Counted from the stretch's first letter, positions 18,830 to 30,370 are shown. The stretch: 64,000 bases of DNA from Candidatus Eiseniibacteriota bacterium (GCA_963783375.1 CAWANH010000003.1:224001-288000); one strand, 5' to 3'. Made by a program: numbers and translations. The notes: generated from the letters alone by a model not told the origin.

Positions 18830-19774
18830 TCAGCGGTGCTGGCGGACCACTTCGACCAGAAAACGGGCCGGATCCACGTTCGCGAGCCTCAATCCGGACC
18901 GGGGCAGGTCGACCTCGGGGGACAGGAGATGGCGGCCGGGGTCGAGATGGGCGACGTCCAGGCGCACGAAGAGACCGTCGACGGCCAGGGAGTCCACCGA
19001 CGCCGGGGCGCCGACCACGGTGACCGAAGCCGAGTCGGGGTCCAGGTGGGCGAGAAGGCCGCGATCGAGACCGCTCAAGAGAACCGGGACGGAAGAAAAC
19101 GTGCGCCGCACCGTCTTCATCAACTCGACGTCCACCCGCACGCTGGACGGCTCGATCGTCACCTGTGGGAGTTCGGCGCGAACCGCGAGCTCGAAGCCGC
19201 TGGAGCCGTGAACCTCGTCCAGGTGAAGGGGCTCGGTGGCCAGCATCTCCAGATCGCGGACCACCTTGTGGGGCCCGGTGATCCGGGCCTGGGCGGGAAC
19301 CGGACGCAGGGGCCCGGCCAGGACATAGCCGTCGGGAAGGTCCCCCAGAACCGCCACCCGCACCTCGGCCGTCCGGGTGACCAGGGTATCCACGGTGAGC
19401 GAGATCATCCGCGGGGAAAGCACGCCGGTCACGTTGACTTCGCTCCCCACCGGAAGGGCCACGTCGGCGGGCGATAGCATGCGCTGGATCGTCCCGGGAT
19501 GAACCTCGCTCAAATCCACCAGGGCCCGCGGGTCCCGATAGCGGAGCAGGAGAAGTTGCTTCCCCTTGCCCCGCACCGCGATCTCCACCGAAGGGGGAAG
19601 CGTGTTCTCCAGCACGAGATCGTGGGAGAGCCCCACCGTCCTCAGGGGCACGCTGAGTTCCCACTCGCGTTCCTGTTCGGTGTAGACGTGGACGTACACC
19701 ACCAGGGCGAGCAAGAGGGCGAGGAGCTTGATGCCGAGGTTCCTGGAGAACCATCCGAAGATGTTCGAGGTCAT
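18830..19774 (-). CDS. YbbR/CdaR-like membrane-anchored protein with repeated YbbR domains
   Basis: N-terminal NLGIKLLALLLALVVY anchor; three P..V.I.V.G / VDL repeat units. Confidence 0.8.
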   Translation of the reverse strand: MTSNIFGWFSRNLGIKLLALLLALVVYVHVYTEQEREWELSVPLRTVGLSHDLVLENTLPPSVEIAVRGKGKQLLLLRYRDPRALVDLSEVHPGTIQRMLSPADVALPVGSEVNVTGVLSPRMISLTVDTLVTRTAEVRVAVLGDLPDGYVLAGPLRPVPAQARITGPHKVVRDLEMLATEPLHLDEVHGSSGFELAVRAELPQVTIEPSSVRVDVELMKTVRRTFSSVPVLLSGLDRGLLAHLDPDSASVTVVGAPASVDSLAVDGLFVRLDVAHLDPGRHLLSPEVDLPRSGLRLANVDPARFLVEVVRQHR

Positions 19775-19825
19775 GTCCCGCGGGAAGCGCCCGGGCGGAC
19801 CGATTTCCCCCGCGCGTCCGTGGCG

Positions 19826-19854
19826 ATTGTGAGAGGCGCGGGTGAGGGGGTCAA
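19826..19854 (-). promoter_or_regulatory. Putative sigma70 promoter of the ybbR-like gene
   Basis: TTGACC-N17-CACAAT. Confidence 0.45.
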
Positions 19855-19865
19855 GCGCCCCGCGC

Positions 19866-21221
19866 TCAGAATCGACGCGCGGCCGAGAGGGTGACGAAGG
19901 TGACCTGGATTCGCTCCGACCGGGCGCGGTGAAACTCCCAGGACGAGCTGGCCATGAGATCGAGGCTCACCCCCGGGGACACCGGGAGGCTCAGGACGGC
20001 GAAGAGATCCAGGAGCCAGTAGTCCGAGCGGATCAGGGACGAGGAGAGGGACGAGATCTCGATGGTCGTGTCCCCCGCTCCCCGGTAGTCCCGGCGGCCA
20101 CCCTCCAGGTCGAGCTCCACGAACCCCCCGCCGGTCAGAAACCGTTCGGCGGACATCCGCGCGCTCCATTGAAGATGGTCGCGGCTGCCGCCGCCGAGAT
20201 CGCGCACCACCTCCCCCACCGGCCCGGCGGCCACCGTCCAGCCCCCCCTCGCGCGGGAAACCGGAAGGTAGAGATCCAGCTCGGCGGCGTCGAAGTAGAG
20301 TTCGTCCCGCCCCCGGTAGTCGGTGACCCGCAGGTCGGCCTCGATCCCCACCGCCAGGGAGCCCGTCCCGGCCAGCCGCCGCGCCCCCCCGGCCTCGGCG
20401 GAGCGGAAGTCGCGCCCGGTCCCACCGTCGCCGTCGACGTCGCGAAACCGAAGCTCCGCCATGACGTGATCGCCGCCGATTCCCCCACGACGCTCCCCCC
20501 CCACCCTCACCTCCCGCCAGCTCCCCGGTGCGCCCCCCGGCACGAACTTCCCCGCCCCCTCCAGGTGCCCCTCCCAACCGCCGCCCAGGAGATCGCCGCC
20601 GCGCGCCGAGGCCCGGACCCGGACCAGCTCGTGGTCGTAGAGGTAGCTCACGCTGTCCGCCCGCCCCCGCGAGTGCTCCCATGCCAGCCGGAGCGCCCCA
20701 TCCCGACCGCCTCCCAGGGACCGGGTCCGCTCGACCTCCGCGCCCACGCGCCAATCCCCTCGTCCCACCAGGCTCCGCGCGTCGTCCAGAAAGGACCCTT
20801 GCGCGCCGAGGCGCCAGACGCCGGCGCGGGCCGGAAGCTCGGCTCGAACCGAAGCGTCCTGGGAGAACGTCTCCGCGTTGACCGAGGTCGCGGCGCGGAT
20901 CGCCACCGTCCGCCCCCGGGGGTCGCGCCCACGCCAGGCCAGCTCCAGGTTGGGGCCGGGGAGCCAGGAGTCGTCGTGAAAGCGGGTGGTGTCGGGGGTG
21001 AGGAGCGAGCTTCCCGGAGGGAGGCCGAGGTCCTCGTCCGAGTAGACCTGTTGGCTGAAGTAGCTCTGACCCAGGTATTCCATCTCCAGGGCCAGGCGGC
21101 CGGTGAAGTCCAGGGCGGGCGCGGGAGCGGCCGCTCCCGAGGCGCCGAGCCCGATGATCAGGAATGCGGCGGGGATCCCTCTCCGTCGCGCGGGCCGGCG
21201 GCGCCGGCATTCCAGGTTCAT
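19866..21221 (-). CDS. Putative outer-membrane beta-barrel protein
   Basis: Signal peptide, many amphipathic beta-strands, terminal Phe (VTLSAARRF). Confidence 0.65.
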   Translation of the reverse strand: MNLECRRRRPARRRGIPAAFLIIGLGASGAAAPAPALDFTGRLALEMEYLGQSYFSQQVYSDEDLGLPPGSSLLTPDTTRFHDDSWLPGPNLELAWRGRDPRGRTVAIRAATSVNAETFSQDASVRAELPARAGVWRLGAQGSFLDDARSLVGRGDWRVGAEVERTRSLGGGRDGALRLAWEHSRGRADSVSYLYDHELVRVRASARGGDLLGGGWEGHLEGAGKFVPGGAPGSWREVRVGGERRGGIGGDHVMAELRFRDVDGDGGTGRDFRSAEAGGARRLAGTGSLAVGIEADLRVTDYRGRDELYFDAAELDLYLPVSRARGGWTVAAGPVGEVVRDLGGGSRDHLQWSARMSAERFLTGGGFVELDLEGGRRDYRGAGDTTIEISSLSSSLIRSDYWLLDLFAVLSLPVSPGVSLDLMASSSWEFHRARSERIQVTFVTLSAARRF

Positions 21222-21227
21222 GCCCGG

Positions 21228-22283
21228 CTATTCTTGCCGCCCCGGGGATAGGCGCCCGGCCACGTCGAGGGCCAACGCCCCCGCCGCCCGCACCGAGGCC
21301 AGCGCCGGCCCGTAGCGCTTCTCCGCCAGGGCGGTCCTGGCGTCGCCGAGGAGCCGGTCCGCGCGGGCGAGAAGGTCCAACTCCTTGCCGTCGCCGTCCA
21401 CCCCGACGCGGAGCTGGGCCAGGAGATCGGCGGCGGAACCGATCAGGGCCTCGACGTCTTCGGGATTCACCACCACGTCCACCCGGCCCAAGGCCTGGGT
21501 GACCAGGAAACGCGCCTGCCGGGTGAACTGGAGGGCCAGCCCCGGGCGGCCCGCCCCCGCCTGCCGCCGGGCCTCGGCCTGCATGGCTTCCGCCCGCCGC
21601 ATGAGCTCCTTCGCCCCCCCGGTCCCCCGGGCGTCGTCGGCCCCCAGCACCCGCCCGGCTTCCGCGATCAGCCGGTCGGTGTCGTCGAGAACCCTGGCCG
21701 CCCCGTTCGGGTCCGCGTCGGCGCGCCCTTCGGCGATCCGGACCGCGCGCTCGGCGGTGTTCCGCGCCATCAGGGTGAGCCTGAGCGCCACCCGGGGCCG
21801 GCGCCGATCGAAGGCCCGTCGCGCCTCGACCGCCTGGTCGCGGGCGGCGAGAAGGAGCCGCCGCGCCTGAGGGTTTCCGCTCGCCCCCACCCGGTCCCGG
21901 CTCTCCCGCATGAATTCCTCGGTCCGCTCCAGGATGTTCCGGAGCTCGGCCAGACCGCGGCTCCCTCGAAGCGCGCGTTCCGCCGCCTTCTCCGCCAGCT
22001 TCTGGGAGAGGAGCGCCATCCGGCAGGCCTGCTCCCGCCGGCCGTGGGACGCCTCCCCCGCCGCCTCGCTACGCCGGCGTTCCGCGGCGCGGAGAAGCTC
22101 CACCGCCTCCGGGAGGGGGGAGCGATCCACCGCCTCGCGGGCACGCTCGATCAGCGCCGTGGCCCGCTCCACTTCGTCGCGCGGGTTGCACTGCGCCGAG
22201 GCCTCGGCGGCCGCGCCCGCCAGGGCGCACCCCACCACCAGCGCCATCAACAGCGACCCGCGTCGCCCTGGTTTGCCGATCAT
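21228..22283 (-). CDS. Periplasmic all-alpha protein with four ~75-aa repeats
   Basis: Signal peptide ending ASA-Q; four repeated three-helix units. Confidence 0.75.
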   Translation of the reverse strand: MIGKPGRRGSLLMALVVGCALAGAAAEASAQCNPRDEVERATALIERAREAVDRSPLPEAVELLRAAERRRSEAAGEASHGRREQACRMALLSQKLAEKAAERALRGSRGLAELRNILERTEEFMRESRDRVGASGNPQARRLLLAARDQAVEARRAFDRRRPRVALRLTLMARNTAERAVRIAEGRADADPNGAARVLDDTDRLIAEAGRVLGADDARGTGGAKELMRRAEAMQAEARRQAGAGRPGLALQFTRQARFLVTQALGRVDVVVNPEDVEALIGSAADLLAQLRVGVDGDGKELDLLARADRLLGDARTALAEKRYGPALASVRAAGALALDVAGRLSPGRQE

Positions 22284-22326
22284 GGTCCGACCTCCGACCC
22301 GGATGGGGCCTGCGCCCTTGGAAAAC

Positions 22327-22343
22327 AGCAGGATCCATGCCAG
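22327..22343 (-). promoter_or_regulatory. Sigma54 (-24/-12) promoter
   Basis: CTGGCATGGATCCTGCT has GG-N10-GC spacing, ~45 nt upstream of ATG 22283 and directly downstream of a sigma54 activator gene. Confidence 0.7.
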
Positions 22344-22488
22344 CCCCGGGGGCGGAGCCTGAGCTGAAACACGCCGGGAGACATCGGGTTCCGGGGGTCG
22401 TGGCGCGCGGGCGCCCGGCCGGTGGCGCGGGTTGTCCGTTCCGGTACAGGGTCCCGCCCCGGGGGGGACAGATCGAGGGGGGGCGCGG

Positions 22489-23849
<1,361 letters not shown>

Positions 23850-23853
<4 letters not shown>

Positions 23854-25166
23854 CGGCTCTCTCCCGGTTCCAGGGGAAACTCCATCTCCACCACCGTGCC
23901 ACCGCCGGGGCGGTCGCGAAGTTCCAGGCGCCCTCCCGCCTCCTCCATCACCCGGGCCACCACGGTGAGCCCGAGCCCCGAGCCCTTCTCCTTCGAAGTG
24001 TAGAACGGTTCGGCCGCCCGGGCGCGGACCTCGTCGCTCATCCCGGGCCCGCGGTCGGCGAAGGTCACCACCGCGCGCCCTCCCCGGCGATGAAGCCCCA
24101 CCTCGAGGGTCCCGCCCTCGGGCATGGCGTCGCGTGCGTTCAAGGCCACGTTCAGGAACGCCTGGCGGAGGTAGTGGGGATCGGTCCGCACCGGGAAGTC
24201 GCTTGCCTCCTTGTCGACGGTGATCGCGATGCCCTTTCGGGAGATCTCGTGATCGATCAGGGCCAGGGTGCGGTCGATGGCCGCGCCCAGGTCCTCGACT
24301 TCCCCGGTACCCGGGGGCCGCGCGAAGTCGAGGTAGGCGCCGAGGGTGCGCTCCAGGCGGTCCACTTCCTCGGGGATGAAGCGGAAGACCTCGTCTTCGC
24401 CGATCCCGTATCGCTCCCCCGTCCGCTCCGCGGCCCCCCGAATGATGCCCAGGGGATTTCGGATCTCGTGGGCCAGCATGGCCGCCATCTGTCCCATCGC
24501 GGCCAGGGTCTCGGTGCGGCGGAGCCTGGTCTGAAGCCCCTCCTGGGTGGAGAGCAGCCTCGCGAATCCCGCCCCCAGAAGGAGCATGCCCACCAGCACC
24601 ACCACCGCCGCCCCGGCCAGGGTGTCCTTGACCTGGTTCAGAACCCCCAGGAAGGCGGCGCTGGCCTCCACCCCCACCCCACCCACGATCTCTCCGGCGG
24701 AGTCGGCGACCGCGGCGTAGCCCGACCTGAAGTACGCCCCGCGGCCGGCGTAGAGGCGCGTGAAGGCGGGGATCCCGGCCATGGCGGTGGTCACCGCCAC
24801 CACGTCGAGGGACAGGGCCGGGTTGGGAGCCCCCTCGTCGTAGTACCCGCCGAGGTCGAGGAGGGTGGTCTCGTCGGCGCGGAACAGGAAGATGTCCGAG
24901 ACGTCGTTGTCCCGGCGGATCCGTTCCAGCTCGGTCCGGACCCCGGCCGCCGCGACGGAGTCTCCGGCGGCGAGCCCGCTCCACACCGCTCCGTTCACCG
25001 CCGCCGCGGTCGCCGAGGCCACCGCCACCAGCCGGAGCCCCAGCTCCCGGTCGAGCTGGTTCCGGAAGGACACGAACAGGTAGCCGAACGCGGCGTAGAC
25101 CACGGCCAGGGTGAGCGCCAGGAACCCCAGGACCCAGACGAGGCGCCGTCGCGCCGGGCGTGCCAC
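23850..25166 (-). CDS. Two-TM sensor histidine kinase
   Basis: Two TM helices around a periplasmic PAS/Cache-like region; H-box LAHEIRNPL, N-box NARDA, DRGPG, GSGLGL. Confidence 0.92.
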
Positions 25167-25173
25167 GTCGATC

Positions 25174-25581
25174 CTACTGGACGTATACCGTGCCGCTGAA
25201 CTCGTGCCCCACCGGGAACCGCGAGAAATACGGATAGGTCCCGGGCTGGGTGAACCGATGGACGAAGTCCTCTCCCACCGGATCGCCGGATGCGTAGCCC
25301 TGCAACGTGGCATTGAAGAGCTTTCCCGCGTCGGGATCGTCGGGGCCGGTGCCGCTGGTCACGGTGCGGAGGTTCTCTTCGCTCCGCCTGAGCACGTTCA
25401 CCCAGCGGACCGGCTGTCCGGCGGTGACCACGACCTGCTTCTGGAAGAAGCTGTCGGTGCGGACCAGCACCTGCTCCTCCCCCGGGGGGCGGGTGGCCTC
25501 CCCGCCGCACCCGGTGAGGACCCCGGCGAGGAGCACCAGGATCGCGACGGGCGCCAGGGCGGGGATCGAACGACGGCTCAC
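25174..25581 (-). CDS. Cupredoxin-fold lipoprotein lacking type-1 Cu ligands
   Basis: Lipobox LTG-C. Pattern F...VVVTAGQPVRWVN...F..PGTYPYF...GTVYV, but SRFPVGHEFS replaces CxxHxxxxM. Confidence 0.7.
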   Translation of the reverse strand: MSRRSIPALAPVAILVLLAGVLTGCGGEATRPPGEEQVLVRTDSFFQKQVVVTAGQPVRWVNVLRRSEENLRTVTSGTGPDDPDAGKLFNATLQGYASGDPVGEDFVHRFTQPGTYPYFSRFPVGHEFSGTVYVQ

Positions 25582-25756
25582 GGGAATCTCCTCTCGGTTC
25601 GGGACCCGGGGACGGGAGGCGGGCCCGGCGCCCTGCCGCGGGGATGCTTGGCCGCGGGGGCGCGCCCTGTCAAGCGCCGGGGGAGGCGCTCCGGGAAGCG
25701 TGGTATACTTCATCGCTGCTTTTTGGAACGCCCGAATTTCAGGAGACCCTCCGCCC

Positions 25757-27940
25757 ATGCACGTCCCCCGCCGCCCCCGACCCGTCCCCACCGCCGCGGT
25801 CCTCATCGCTCTCGTCGTCCTCCTCGCACCCGCAGGCCGGACTCCGGCCCGGGCCGCGGACGCCCATCCCAAGGTGGTGGTGCTGGGGTTCGACGGGGCC
25901 GATGCCCATCTCACCGAACAGTACATGAACGAGGGGTACCTCCCCAACCTGGCCCGCCTCCGCGACACGGGAACCTACTCCGAGCTGGGGACCACCACGC
26001 CCCCGCAGACCCCGGTCTCCTGGTCCTCCTTCGCCACCGCGATCAACCCGGGGCGGACCGGGATCTTCGACTTCCTGCGCCGGGACCTCGCGACCTATCA
26101 GCCGGATTTCGCCATGTACCAGATCGGGTCGAAGCAGGTCCTGTGGGGAAAGCGCAACAACGCGCTGATCGCCCTGGTGGTCCTGGGAGCGTCGATCCTC
26201 CTGGGACTGGTCCTGGGCGCGGTGGGCCGGCGCCCCGGACGCGGGCTCCTGGTGGGAGCGGGCACGGGCATCGTGCTGGGGGCGCTGGCCTTCTTCGTCA
26301 CCAAGGACATGCTCCCCTACCGGCGGCCCACCGTGGTGAACACCCGCCAGGGCGAGACCTTCTGGGAGGTGGCCGGCCGCCACGGCATCCGGTCGGAGAT
26401 CGTCCGGGTGCCGGCCACATTCCCCGCCCAGCCGTTCCAGAACGGCGAGATCCTGTCCGGGCTCGGGGTGCCCGACATCCGAGGCACCTTCGGCACCTTC
26501 AGCTACTGGACCACCGAGCCGGTGAGCGGAAAGACCGCGGAGAACACCGAGATGGGGGGGAAGGTCATCGAGGTCTCGCTCCTGAACGGCGAGACCGACT
26601 CCTACATCTTCGGCCCCCGGAACCGGCTCTTCGACTCGCCCCCCGACATCATGCCGCCGGTGCACTTCAAGCTCGACCGAAAGGCGAACCCGCCGACGGT
26701 GACCATCACCACCGGGGACGAGACGCGGACGGTGGCGGTGGGGCACTGGAGCGACTGGGTCACCCTGAAGTTCACCTTCAGCCCGGTGATCAAGGCCTAC
26801 GGCACCGCCCGGTTCTTCTTCGTCTCCTCGGAACCCTTCGGGCTCTACATGTCTCCCATCAACATCGACCCCCACCATCCGGTGATGGCGATCTCCGCCC
26901 CCCCCAAGTGGGCCGGGGAAATCGGAGACAAGGTCGGCCCCTACAAGACCCTGGGCTGGGCCATCGACACCTGGGCCCTGAACGAGGAGAAGATCGACGA
27001 AAAGACCTTCCTGGAGGACGCTTACTCCACCGACGGGAAGTTCGCCGACATCATGCACCACCTGATGGACGAGGGGAACTACGACCTCTACGTGCAGGTC
27101 TACGCCATCACCGACCGGGTGGCCCACGTGTTCTGGCGGTTCATCGATCCCACCCACCCCGCCTACGACCCGGCCCTGGCCGCCAGGTACAAGGACTCGA
27201 TCCGCGAGGTCTACCAGTTCATGGACAAGACGGTGGGCGAAGCGATGCAGAAGATGGGGCCGGACGACGTGCTCATGGTCTGCTCCGACCACGGCTTCCA
27301 CACCTGGCACAAGTCCATCAACTACAACACCTGGCTGGTCCGCCACGGCTACATGACCCTCAAGAACACCCAGCCGGACCGCGAGAAGAAGCTCGAGGAC
27401 CTGTTCGGCCAGGGCCAGTTCTGGCCCAACGTGGACTGGTCCCGGACCAAGGCCTACGCCCTGGGGCTGGGGGACGTCTACCTGAACGTGAAGGGACGCG
27501 AGGCCCAGGGGATCGTGGAGCCCGGGGAGGAGTACGAGCGCATCCGGGACCAGCTCATCCGGGACATCGAGGCCTACGTGGACCCCGAGACCGGCGACCA
27601 CCCGGTCCGCCGGGCCCTGAAACGCGAGGAGGTGTACTCCGGCTACGACCCGGACCTGATCCCGGACGTGATCCTGGCCAACGACGACAAGTACCGGGTG
27701 TCCTGGCAGACCTCGCTGGGAGGGATCCCCCCGGACATCCTCCAGGTGAACGCCCGCAAGTGGAGCGGCGACCACTGCAGCTTCGACGCGGAGATCACCA
27801 AGGGAATCTTCTTCGCCAACCGGAAGCTCGACGTCTCCGGCGGGATCGACATCATGGACCTCTACCCCACCATCCTGGACTACCTCGGGGTGCCGCTTCC
27901 GGACAGCCTGGACGGGAAGCCCATGCGGGAGATCGACTGA
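25757..27940 (+). CDS. Alkaline-phosphatase superfamily (nucleotide pyrophosphatase/phosphodiesterase-like) protein with an internal TM hairpin
   Basis: LGFDGAD, PPQTPVSWSSFAT, TDRVAH, CSDHGF, GDH; signal peptide. TGGTATACT extended -10 at 25701-25709. Confidence 0.88.
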   Translation: MHVPRRPRPVPTAAVLIALVVLLAPAGRTPARAADAHPKVVVLGFDGADAHLTEQYMNEGYLPNLARLRDTGTYSELGTTTPPQTPVSWSSFATAINPGRTGIFDFLRRDLATYQPDFAMYQIGSKQVLWGKRNNALIALVVLGASILLGLVLGAVGRRPGRGLLVGAGTGIVLGALAFFVTKDMLPYRRPTVVNTRQGETFWEVAGRHGIRSEIVRVPATFPAQPFQNGEILSGLGVPDIRGTFGTFSYWTTEPVSGKTAENTEMGGKVIEVSLLNGETDSYIFGPRNRLFDSPPDIMPPVHFKLDRKANPPTVTITTGDETRTVAVGHWSDWVTLKFTFSPVIKAYGTARFFFVSSEPFGLYMSPINIDPHHPVMAISAPPKWAGEIGDKVGPYKTLGWAIDTWALNEEKIDEKTFLEDAYSTDGKFADIMHHLMDEGNYDLYVQVYAITDRVAHVFWRFIDPTHPAYDPALAARYKDSIREVYQFMDKTVGEAMQKMGPDDVLMVCSDHGFHTWHKSINYNTWLVRHGYMTLKNTQPDREKKLEDLFGQGQFWPNVDWSRTKAYALGLGDVYLNVKGREAQGIVEPGEEYERIRDQLIRDIEAYVDPETGDHPVRRALKREEVYSGYDPDLIPDVILANDDKYRVSWQTSLGGIPPDILQVNARKWSGDHCSFDAEITKGIFFANRKLDVSGGIDIMDLYPTILDYLGVPLPDSLDGKPMREID

Positions 27941-27975
27941 GCCGCCGGCCGGGGACGGGCGCGGGCGGGCGGAGG

Positions 27976-28776
27976 CTACTTTCCGGGGGGTCCCAGGCTG
28001 AACTCGGTCTTCTCGTATCCCTCGGGGGGTTCGAACTCCGAGGCCGGGAAGTCCCGGGGCGCGGCCTGGGTCACCGTCATCACCGTGCCCCCCTGCTTGG
28101 GATCGAGGTCCACGACCTTGAGGGGAAAGCCGTCGACCCCCTCCAGCGCCTCCACGTAGCGCGCCTGGATTCCGGCCTGGCCGGGGGCGATCTTCCCCAG
28201 CCGGGTGAGGACGGCCTTCATGGGGGCCACCGGGATCTCGGAGGTGAGCCAAACCTCGAGGGAGGACTTCCCGTCCAGCGAGACCACCGATTTCCGCGCG
28301 GTGAGGCCGGCGATGGTCGCCTTCTCCCCGGTCGCCGCCACCGTCACCTCGGGGATCCGGGAATCGGCGGAGCCCCCCATGGCGTCGAGCTGCTTCTGGA
28401 TCTGAACCTGCTGGTCGGGGGGGAGGGTCTTCAAGGCATCCTCGAGGGCTTTACGCTGGGTCTCCTGCACCCCCTTCACCAGCTTGGTCATCATGCCGAA
28501 GGTCGCCTCCATCTGGGCGTAGGTGATCACGGTGTAGGAGCGCTGGGAGCGGTTCACCACGGTGACCGCCTCCGGTCCCACGATGGCCTCCTGGGCGTTC
28601 CCCGATTCGGAGACCCGGAACCGGTCCCCCTGGATGTGGAGCTCGGCAGTTCCTTCGGTGTCCCGGTCGGCGTGGACGAGCTGGACCAACCAGCCGCCGG
28701 CGGCGACGGCGGGAGCGGGGACGGCGTAGAATGCGAGGAGAACCAAAAGGGCCGGGACGATCGGGCGGCGGAACAT
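27976..28776 (-). CDS. Secreted DUF4412-like protein
   Basis: Signal peptide; ATGEKATIAG...EVWLT...GFPLK...EFEPPEGY pattern. Confidence 0.7.
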   Translation of the reverse strand: MFRRPIVPALLVLLAFYAVPAPAVAAGGWLVQLVHADRDTEGTAELHIQGDRFRVSESGNAQEAIVGPEAVTVVNRSQRSYTVITYAQMEATFGMMTKLVKGVQETQRKALEDALKTLPPDQQVQIQKQLDAMGGSADSRIPEVTVAATGEKATIAGLTARKSVVSLDGKSSLEVWLTSEIPVAPMKAVLTRLGKIAPGQAGIQARYVEALEGVDGFPLKVVDLDPKQGGTVMTVTQAAPRDFPASEFEPPEGYEKTEFSLGPPGK

Positions 28777-28907
28777 GGTGGAGACCTCCAGGGTTTGGCG
28801 AACCCGGTAATCCTGATGATTTCCCCCCACCCGGTCAAGCGGTCGAGACCGGATCCGGAGCGGACTGCTAGACTGATCGGAGACCTTTTGCCCGCGGAGG
28901 CCATTCC

Positions 28908-29768
28908 TTGAGTTACCGCTCGCGCTCATCCTGGTTGGGGGGAGGATTCTTCGGCTTCCCCCCCGCCATCAGCCAGCTCGTCCTCATCAACGTCATCGTG
29001 TTCCTGCTGGAGCCGCTCGTCATGGGGAGCTATGCGCCCCGGGGCCTGGCCCTGGTTCCCGCCGAGGTGGTGACCCGGGGGATGGTGTGGGAACTCGTGA
29101 CCTACATGTTCCTCCACGGCGGGTTCACCCACATCCTCTTCAACATGTTCGGGTTGATCATCTTCGGCGCCGATCTCGAGCGCTGGTGGGGATCGCGGGA
29201 CTTCCTCAAGTACTATTTCATCACCGGGGTCGGGGCGGGGTTGGTTCACGTTCTCACCTCCTACCTCTTTCCCGGCCACGGCCTCTTCCCGGCCACCATG
29301 GTCCCCACCATCGGCGCCTCGGGGGCGATCTTCGGGGTGCTGGTGGCCTACGCCATGGCCTTCCCCAACCGCAAGGTCCTTCTGTGGTTCGTGATCCCCA
29401 TCTCCGCCCGGACTTTCGTGATCGGGTACGGGATCCTGGAGCTGATCACCGCGGCCCAGCACCAGCCCGGCGACACCGTGGCCCGGTTCGCCCACCTGGG
29501 CGGCATGCTGGTCGGCTACATCTACCTGAAGCACGACATGCTGTGGTGGCGCGCCAAGCGCCTGCTCAACCGTTCGGGGGGCCTCTCCCGGATCCACGTC
29601 CGCCGGGAGGAGCCCCCCGAGGAGGACGATCAGCTGAAGGAGCGGATCGACCAGATCCTGGAGAAGATCAGCCGGGAAGGGATGGGCTCCCTCACCAAGG
29701 ACGAGGAGCGGATCCTCAAGAAGCGCGCGGACCGCGCCCGCCGCCGCCAGGGCGGAAACGACGCCTGA
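28908..29768 (+). CDS. Rhomboid intramembrane serine protease with DUF6576-like C-terminal tail
   Basis: TYMFLH...HILFNM, GASGA, AHLGG; tail IDQILEKISREGMGSLTKDE. TTG start. Confidence 0.92.
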   Translation: MSYRSRSSWLGGGFFGFPPAISQLVLINVIVFLLEPLVMGSYAPRGLALVPAEVVTRGMVWELVTYMFLHGGFTHILFNMFGLIIFGADLERWWGSRDFLKYYFITGVGAGLVHVLTSYLFPGHGLFPATMVPTIGASGAIFGVLVAYAMAFPNRKVLLWFVIPISARTFVIGYGILELITAAQHQPGDTVARFAHLGGMLVGYIYLKHDMLWWRAKRLLNRSGGLSRIHVRREEPPEEDDQLKERIDQILEKISREGMGSLTKDEERILKKRADRARRRQGGNDA

Positions 29769-29826
29769 TCTCCCGGTTCCGGCATGGGACCGGGCCGGTG
29801 GGCTAGGACGCCTTCCGCCGGCCCCC

Positions 29827-30312
29827 TCAGTTCTTCCCCAGAGTCCGGAGCCGCTCGGTGCGGCGCTTCCCCGCCTCCCGGTGCCGGCGCTTCTCGTCCT
29901 CGGTCTCCGGGATCACCGGGGGGATCTCAACCGGGGTGCGGTCCTCGGAAAGGGCCACGAAGGTGAGGTAGGCGGTGGAGGTGTGGCGGCGCGTCCCCTC
30001 CCAGCGGTTCTCCACCTCCGCCCGTACTCCCACCTCCATTGAGGTGCGCCCCACGTAGTTCACCGAGGCCTTGAGCACCAGGACGTCCCCCACCCGCACC
30101 GGCTCCTTGAAGTCGATGTGGTCCACCGAGGCGGTCACGCAGTGACGGCGGGCGTGGCGGGTGGCGGCCAGGGCCGCGGCCACGTCGATGAAGTGCATGA
30201 CCCGCCCGCCCATGATCGTTCCCAGGGGGTTGGCGTCGTTGGGGTACATGAGCTCCAGCATCTCGACCTGGGACTCGCGCATGGGGCGCGGGGCGAGGCG
30301 GTCCTCGGTCAT
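29827..30312 (-). CDS. Acyl-CoA thioesterase (hotdog, YciA-like)
   Basis: PNDANPLGTIMGG, VTASVD, GRTSMEVGV, YLTFVA. Confidence 0.9.
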   Translation of the reverse strand: MTEDRLAPRPMRESQVEMLELMYPNDANPLGTIMGGRVMHFIDVAAALAATRHARRHCVTASVDHIDFKEPVRVGDVLVLKASVNYVGRTSMEVGVRAEVENRWEGTRRHTSTAYLTFVALSEDRTPVEIPPVIPETEDEKRRHREAGKRRTERLRTLGKN

Positions 30313-30370
30313 GGCTCCTCCGGGAGGGGAAGGAACGGGGGGGCGGCGCCGGGCCCACCCCCCCAGGGGA

